A stretch of DNA of 64,000 nucleotides. It comes from a virus. Lineage: Duplodnaviria; Caudoviricetes. Where the stretch lies: IMG/VR virus record IMGVR_UViG_3300029305_004466; one strand, given 5' to 3'. Shown in pieces: positions 59,475 through 64,000 of the stretch; position 1 is the first letter of the stretch; every line of letters begins with the position of its first letter. A program made the translations under genes and the position numbers. The notes below the pieces were generated by a model, which was not told where the DNA came from, searched no databases, and saw only the letters and a list, made by a program, of their open reading frames with translations.

Positions 59475-62400
59475 TTAATAATTCAAATTGTAAATAGCGG
59501 ATTCTATTTCATCTCTGCTATCTTGATATATATTCAATGTATTTTTATTACCTCTGGCATTATCATATGCCATTACAGTTACATCGTGATACCCCGTCCT
59601 ACCAAGGATAGCTTGTAATTTTAATTGTACCACACCCCTAGAGTTTTGTGAATGGATTTTAGGAACTGGAATATTAACTTGATTAGCTGCTTCTATCTGG
59701 TCATCCCATAAATCAAATTCGCCCATATCCAGTTTGTTGTTGTGTACTAATTTTACTTTTACGTTTTCTAAATCAACATCTTCATCCCAACCTATCCAGT
59801 TTGAATCTGGTAAGCCGTGAGTCTGGAAGTACTCTTGAAGTGTAGGTTTTTCATCTACTTTCATTCCCCATGCCTGTTGTAAACCTCTCTTAAGATAGTC
59901 AGGGGCAATTCTAAGAATTTCGTCTTTCTCTTCTTCAGGTGCATCGACAAAGTATTTAAAGTATTGCCTTTCTTTCTTAGGAAGAGCCTTCATAAGGTTA
60001 TTTAATGGGTCTTCCGGTTCATATCCATACATGGTTTGGTCTGCTTGTTGTTTATAACTTATAGCTTTTATTACATTTTCAGGCAAACGCTGTATTTCAC
60101 GGTCTGATTGTATTCTCTTAAGTTCTTGATTTACTGTTCTTATAATGCTTTTTGAATCAGCATTTATATCAAGACCTTCAGGAGCTCCGTATTTAAAGTT
60201 AAATTGTTTTCTATGTTTGTAATCTAATTTAACCGTTTTCTTGAATGCTTCTAATTCTCGGGTTCTATTTTTATTATATATACCTTGTATTTGTTTTTCA
60301 TTAACCATACTATCAATATTTATATGGTCTTCTTTAAGGGCTTTCTTTTTGTACTTTTCATATAATCCCATATTCTTTACATATTTTAATGTATCAAAAT
60401 ACTCGTTTAATTCAGCTTGTTTTTCTCTTCTTTCTGGTATCCAATCACTTTCTCTGTCTTTCTGTGTGTAAGCATAAGTACCACCGAATAAACCAATAGC
60501 ACCGCCTACGAAACCAGATGTTAATCTACCGTATTTAGAATTACCAAATAACGAGCCTAAGAAACCACCTAATACTGTTGCAGTAACTATTCCTTCTGGA
60601 CCTGTGTTACCATGTCTGATAACTTTATCTATCATCTCAGGACCCAGATAATCTTTAATAGGGTTATTCCAAGATTGGAAGTCTTTGCCGTATACTTCTC
60701 TATCTCTATATTGTTCATATGGAGATTTTACTTGGAAGAACTTATTACCTACGAAAGGAATTTGCCCTACAGCGTGTGTGATTCTTTCCATAGCTGAGCC
60801 AACTGCTATTTCATTTTTAGTATATTTTGCATGGATAGCAGCTGGACCATCATCTTCTTTTTCTTTTGCTAAACCTTTATTAAGCATTGTTTGGTTAACA
60901 TTTCTACCATCAGAATAAACAACTGCTTGAATAGATTTAGTTGAATCAGAACCGTATTTATTAGCATCATCTGCATCATATGCAATGGTAATTGATTTAC
61001 CTCGTCTAATATGTTTCCTGAGTTCTTTAGCGGCTGCGTCATTCATTGTAGTTCTCTTATTATACATTTCGCTATTAGACTCGCTAACACGTATTCCTGC
61101 TAATTTAACAGCATGGTCAGTGCCATATCTATTAACTAAAATAGTATTGTTGTCTATTACTTTCTTAACTCTTACTCTTTCGGATTGCAGGTTACTTGTT
61201 TTGAACTTATATGGATATACTCTTAAAGGTTCTTTTTGCTTTTGTAGTCTTTCGTTTATCTGAGAGATTTCAGCACGTTCTTCTGGTGTGAGCCCCGGGT
61301 CGTTAGCAAGTCTTGCTTTAATAGCTTGGAACTCATCTGAATAAGGGGCTACGTCTGCCAATATTCTGTATCTGTCGATATTAGAATATAATTCACCTCT
61401 ACCTATTGTGCCGTTTTGAACCCCTTGGTATATTTCATTTCTTGCCTGATTTAAAGTATTCAGGTTTTGTTCTAATAAGTTTTTATCATATTTAAAACCT
61501 GTTGTGTAAGTTTGGTCTGGATTATCTCTGTTAATATAATAGATATAACCGTTTGACCGTTTATTGCCAGTTGCCCATAAATAGTAATTAACCTGTGACT
61601 GATGTTCGAAATCTGCGTGTCCTTGTTGCATTATTCTATAAAACTTATCTTCGCCAACAGACTTAATATCAACAATTGCTTTACCAGTTCTTGATGAAGG
61701 GTCATGAATCATAGCATCATAAAAACCAAGAATGTTATTGATATTGTCTTTAAATTGAACTTCAGTGTTTATAGCAAGCCCTGCTTCCATCCAAGCTTTT
61801 TCTACTTGCTCATGAATTCTGTTACCTTTTTCGGTAACTTCCATTCCGAATGAGTCTATACTATCTTGATTCAATAAATGTTTTTGAATATCTTCTTTGG
61901 CTTTTCCGATATAGCTAGAACCTATTCCAAGGTCAAACATTTGTCTGGAATTTATACCGTATAATCTCTCATAGCCTTCGCCCGGAAGTCGTTCTTCACC
62001 ATTATCTATTTTTGAATATGGGTCGCCATGCTTAAAATCAGTGAAATAATTACGTCCCGGCATCCATGATGGCATGGTATTTCTTATAGGATTTATATAT
62101 TCTGTATTCGTGTTTCGTTTTTGTACGAAACGTCTGAAGATTTCTGATGCATCTCCGCCAAAACCACCAAGGTTTTCATCCCAGAAAGATTTGTTAAATG
62201 AGTATGCATAATTGGAATCTTCTATTACTCTTGCATCTTTGTTAGCTTGCCCAGTAATAAATGCTTGTGTTTCAAAACCTCTCATACCGAAGAAATCTGA
62301 TACGGTATTAAACTCTTCTCCGATATTATACATGAAGGAGTTATTTATTGGCTCACTATTGTAATCTGCTAACTGAGGTGCAAATCTGTTAGGGTCATTT

Positions 62401-64000
62401 ACATCAACTCGTGTATCAGCCTCGTGGAAGCGTTTAATACTATATTCTCTTAATCGTTGATTAGCTGTCCAAAGATTAAGAGATGCTGGTATATCTACAA
62501 CAGACATACCACCTGAAGGAGTTGTGTATACTTCCAAATCAGATATGTTAGTCATAAATGTAGAGAATGTATTATCTGTTTCACTTGGCAAGATATTGCC
62601 TACCATAAGTAATTGTTGTGGACCAGAATAATTTGTCACTGCTCGTGCTTGTCTAGCACTCAGAGCTCTTGCATATCCATCTTTTGTTTGTGATGCGGCA
62701 TAAGTATTATTAACGTCTTGTAATATCAAAGAATTTATAAAAGCATTATTTGTAGCTGTTTGTCTTTGATATGTGCTATTCTGATTTACATAATCTATAA
62801 TAGGTACAGTTTCATCGTCTTTTTCTACAGGAGTACCGCCTTGCCAATATTCTTTATGCATTTTCATTTGAGGAGTAAATGCCGAGAATAAAGGACCTAC
62901 GACAGGAACATTATTAGCACCATTGGATGTTAATAAATACGGTCTGTCATAGTAGTGCTTTCTATCATAATGATTTCTATCCAGTATAAAATGATTAATA
63001 GGAGCTAATGGATTAACAAGGTTAGGATACCAAGTATTAGAATAATATTCTTGTCTTGAACCCCATTTAGAATCGCTGAAATCTACATCAGCTTCTATTC
63101 GTCTATATAGATTAGGTCTCCAGTACATGATTTTGCCGCCAGTATAAGGAGTATTACCAAGTCCCCAGTATCTTGATTTACGTATTGGGTCAGAGCCATT
63201 TTCTATATAGTCTTTTCTTTCTTCATAAGATTGAGTTAAACCTAAGCTATAGATTCCCGGAAGTTCGTTTATCTGGTCAAACCCCGGAGTGAATTCTTCT
63301 ATTTTATCCATGAGTTTAGTAATACCAAGTATATCTTTTACTCTATGCATTCCTAAATCAATTGGCTTAACTACATTACTCATTGTAAATTTAGTAATAT
63401 TATTTCTATTACCAGTACCGTCTTCATCTGGATTAAATAGATTAAAGATAGGTTCTGATAAAGCGTTTAGCATTTCTGGAACTTGAGTTACTGCATATAT
63501 AGGAAGCACTCTTTTTAATGCAAAATTAGAAAGGTATTGTGGTAGATTTCCTTTTGAATCCGTACTGAAACCTAATTGTGGAGAGATTGAATTAAGTCTA
63601 CCAAGTACATTATCAATCAAACCATAAGCACCTAAAGTTGTTTCTGTAGTATATTCTGCGAATGTGCCATCTTTTCTTCTGCCTCCTAGAAAAGCTTCTT
63701 TTAAATACTCTCTGGTGTAATCTATTTTGCCTGTTATTCCAGCTTGCTGAGAAATACCTCCAAGAGTTCTTCCTTTTTTAGTAGCAATAAATTTTCTTGA
63801 GTATTCCGTTTCTCCGTTTCTGGTTATATTAACTGGACCACCGCCAAATATATTGGCTGGAGTTTTATCATCTGCGGCTTCGTATATATTAAACTTTTTA
63901 GTTATATCATATATTTTATCAGTCATCCAACCATCTATATCAAGGATGCCAAGATGCCTTTTATGTCCTTCAACCCTTTCTCCATCTGGATTGAATTCTA
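59475..64000 (-). CDS. Giant virion-associated protein, 5'-truncated by the window, with RecB/Cas4-like nuclease and SNase-like domains
   Basis: Frame stays open past ATG 63926 to the window edge; GNRIHEQVE/GFYDA/IVDIKS/QVNYY; VIDNNT/KLAGI/GRNVNQTMLNKGLA. Confidence 0.8.
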   Translation of the reverse strand, partial: EFNPDGERVEGHKRHLGILDIDGWMTDKIYDITKKFNIYEAADDKTPANIFGGGPVNITRNGETEYSRKFIATKKGRTLGGISQQAGITGKIDYTREYLKEAFLGGRRKDGTFAEYTTETTLGAYGLIDNVLGRLNSISPQLGFSTDSKGNLPQYLSNFALKRVLPIYAVTQVPEMLNALSEPIFNLFNPDEDGTGNRNNITKFTMSNVVKPIDLGMHRVKDILGITKLMDKIEEFTPGFDQINELPGIYSLGLTQSYEERKDYIENGSDPIRKSRYWGLGNTPYTGGKIMYWRPNLYRRIEADVDFSDSKWGSRQEYYSNTWYPNLVNPLAPINHFILDRNHYDRKHYYDRPYLLTSNGANNVPVVGPLFSAFTPQMKMHKEYWQGGTPVEKDDETVPIIDYVNQNSTYQRQTATNNAFINSLILQDVNNTYAASQTKDGYARALSARQARAVTNYSGPQQLLMVGNILPSETDNTFSTFMTNISDLEVYTTPSGGMSVVDIPASLNLWTANQRLREYSIKRFHEADTRVDVNDPNRFAPQLADYNSEPINNSFMYNIGEEFNTVSDFFGMRGFETQAFITGQANKDARVIEDSNYAYSFNKSFWDENLGGFGGDASEIFRRFVQKRNTNTEYINPIRNTMPSWMPGRNYFTDFKHGDPYSKIDNGEERLPGEGYERLYGINSRQMFDLGIGSSYIGKAKEDIQKHLLNQDSIDSFGMEVTEKGNRIHEQVEKAWMEAGLAINTEVQFKDNINNILGFYDAMIHDPSSRTGKAIVDIKSVGEDKFYRIMQQGHADFEHQSQVNYYLWATGNKRSNGYIYYINRDNPDQTYTTGFKYDKNLLEQNLNTLNQARNEIYQGVQNGTIGRGELYSNIDRYRILADVAPYSDEFQAIKARLANDPGLTPEERAEISQINERLQKQKEPLRVYPYKFKTSNLQSERVRVKKVIDNNTILVNRYGTDHAVKLAGIRVSESNSEMYNKRTTMNDAAAKELRKHIRRGKSITIAYDADDANKYGSDSTKSIQAVVYSDGRNVNQTMLNKGLAKEKEDDGPAAIHAKYTKNEIAVGSAMERITHAVGQIPFVGNKFFQVKSPYEQYRDREVYGKDFQSWNNPIKDYLGPEMIDKVIRHGNTGPEGIVTATVLGGFLGSLFGNSKYGRLTSGFVGGAIGLFGGTYAYTQKDRESDWIPERREKQAELNEYFDTLKYVKNMGLYEKYKKKALKEDHINIDSMVNEKQIQGIYNKNRTRELEAFKKTVKLDYKHRKQFNFKYGAPEGLDINADSKSIIRTVNQELKRIQSDREIQRLPENVIKAISYKQQADQTMYGYEPEDPLNNLMKALPKKERQYFKYFVDAPEEEKDEILRIAPDYLKRGLQQAWGMKVDEKPTLQEYFQTHGLPDSNWIGWDEDVDLENVKVKLVHNNKLDMGEFDLWDDQIEAANQVNIPVPKIHSQNSRGVVQLKLQAILGRTGYHDVTVMAYDNARGNKNTLNIYQDSRDEIESAIYNLNY

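Larger units (their letters stand above)
1..64000. mobile_element. Segment of a large myovirus-like phage genome (tail/baseplate, giant virion proteins, replication module)
   Basis: Dense co-oriented ORFs; baseplate J, NlpC/P60 tail lysin, tail-fibre motifs, primase/helicase/RuvC, phage-type sigma factor; no host housekeeping genes. Confidence 0.93.

Noticed and set aside
1689-63486. Many + strand ORFs antisense to long - strand genes, plus nested alternate-frame ORFs
   Set aside because: Shadow ORFs: fully overlap well-supported genes, have atypical composition and lack clear RBSs
1-64000. Stop-codon reassignment
   Set aside because: TAA, TAG and TGA all end genes right before the next RBS/start, and coding density is already high under code 11
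49685-64000. Inteins or introns explaining the giant ORFs
   Set aside because: No obvious intein splice or LAGLIDADG motifs noticed and frames are uninterrupted; not excluded without an HMM search
1-64000. tRNA or rRNA genes
   Set aside because: Intergenic spaces are short and no cloverleaf or rRNA-like sequence was recognised

Overview
AT-rich segment of a large contractile-tailed (myovirus-like, probably jumbo) phage of a low-GC Firmicute host, judged from AGGAGG-type RBSs and sigmaA-like promoters. It uses the standard genetic code. Positions 1-1065 hold a few small + strand genes. All other genes are on the - strand. In transcription order these are: (i) two giant proteins sitting where a tape-measure gene usually lies, namely a window-truncated >1500-aa protein with a RecB/Cas4-like nuclease and a degenerate SNase domain, and a 3258-aa protein that looks like a single-chain double-psi-beta-barrel RNA polymerase (RYP...GDFDGD) with an N-terminal DEDDh exonuclease; (ii) a tail/baseplate module with an NlpC/P60 hub-lysin, spike, wedge proteins, baseplate J, an inserted LRR + GT2 glycosyltransferase cassette, a 1923-aa FN3/vWA/Ig adhesin, tail-fibre paralogs, a paralogous structural family, and a gene with a likely programmed +1 frameshift at TTT CCC TGA; (iii) a sigmaA-promoted replication/regulation operon with AEP primase, DnaB helicase, kinase, Cas4-like protein, RuvC, a sigma70-like factor and a holin-like protein. 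The best candidate novel system is a virion-delivered exonuclease-RNA polymerase plus a giant nuclease partner. All domain calls were made by eye from motifs; no searches were run.
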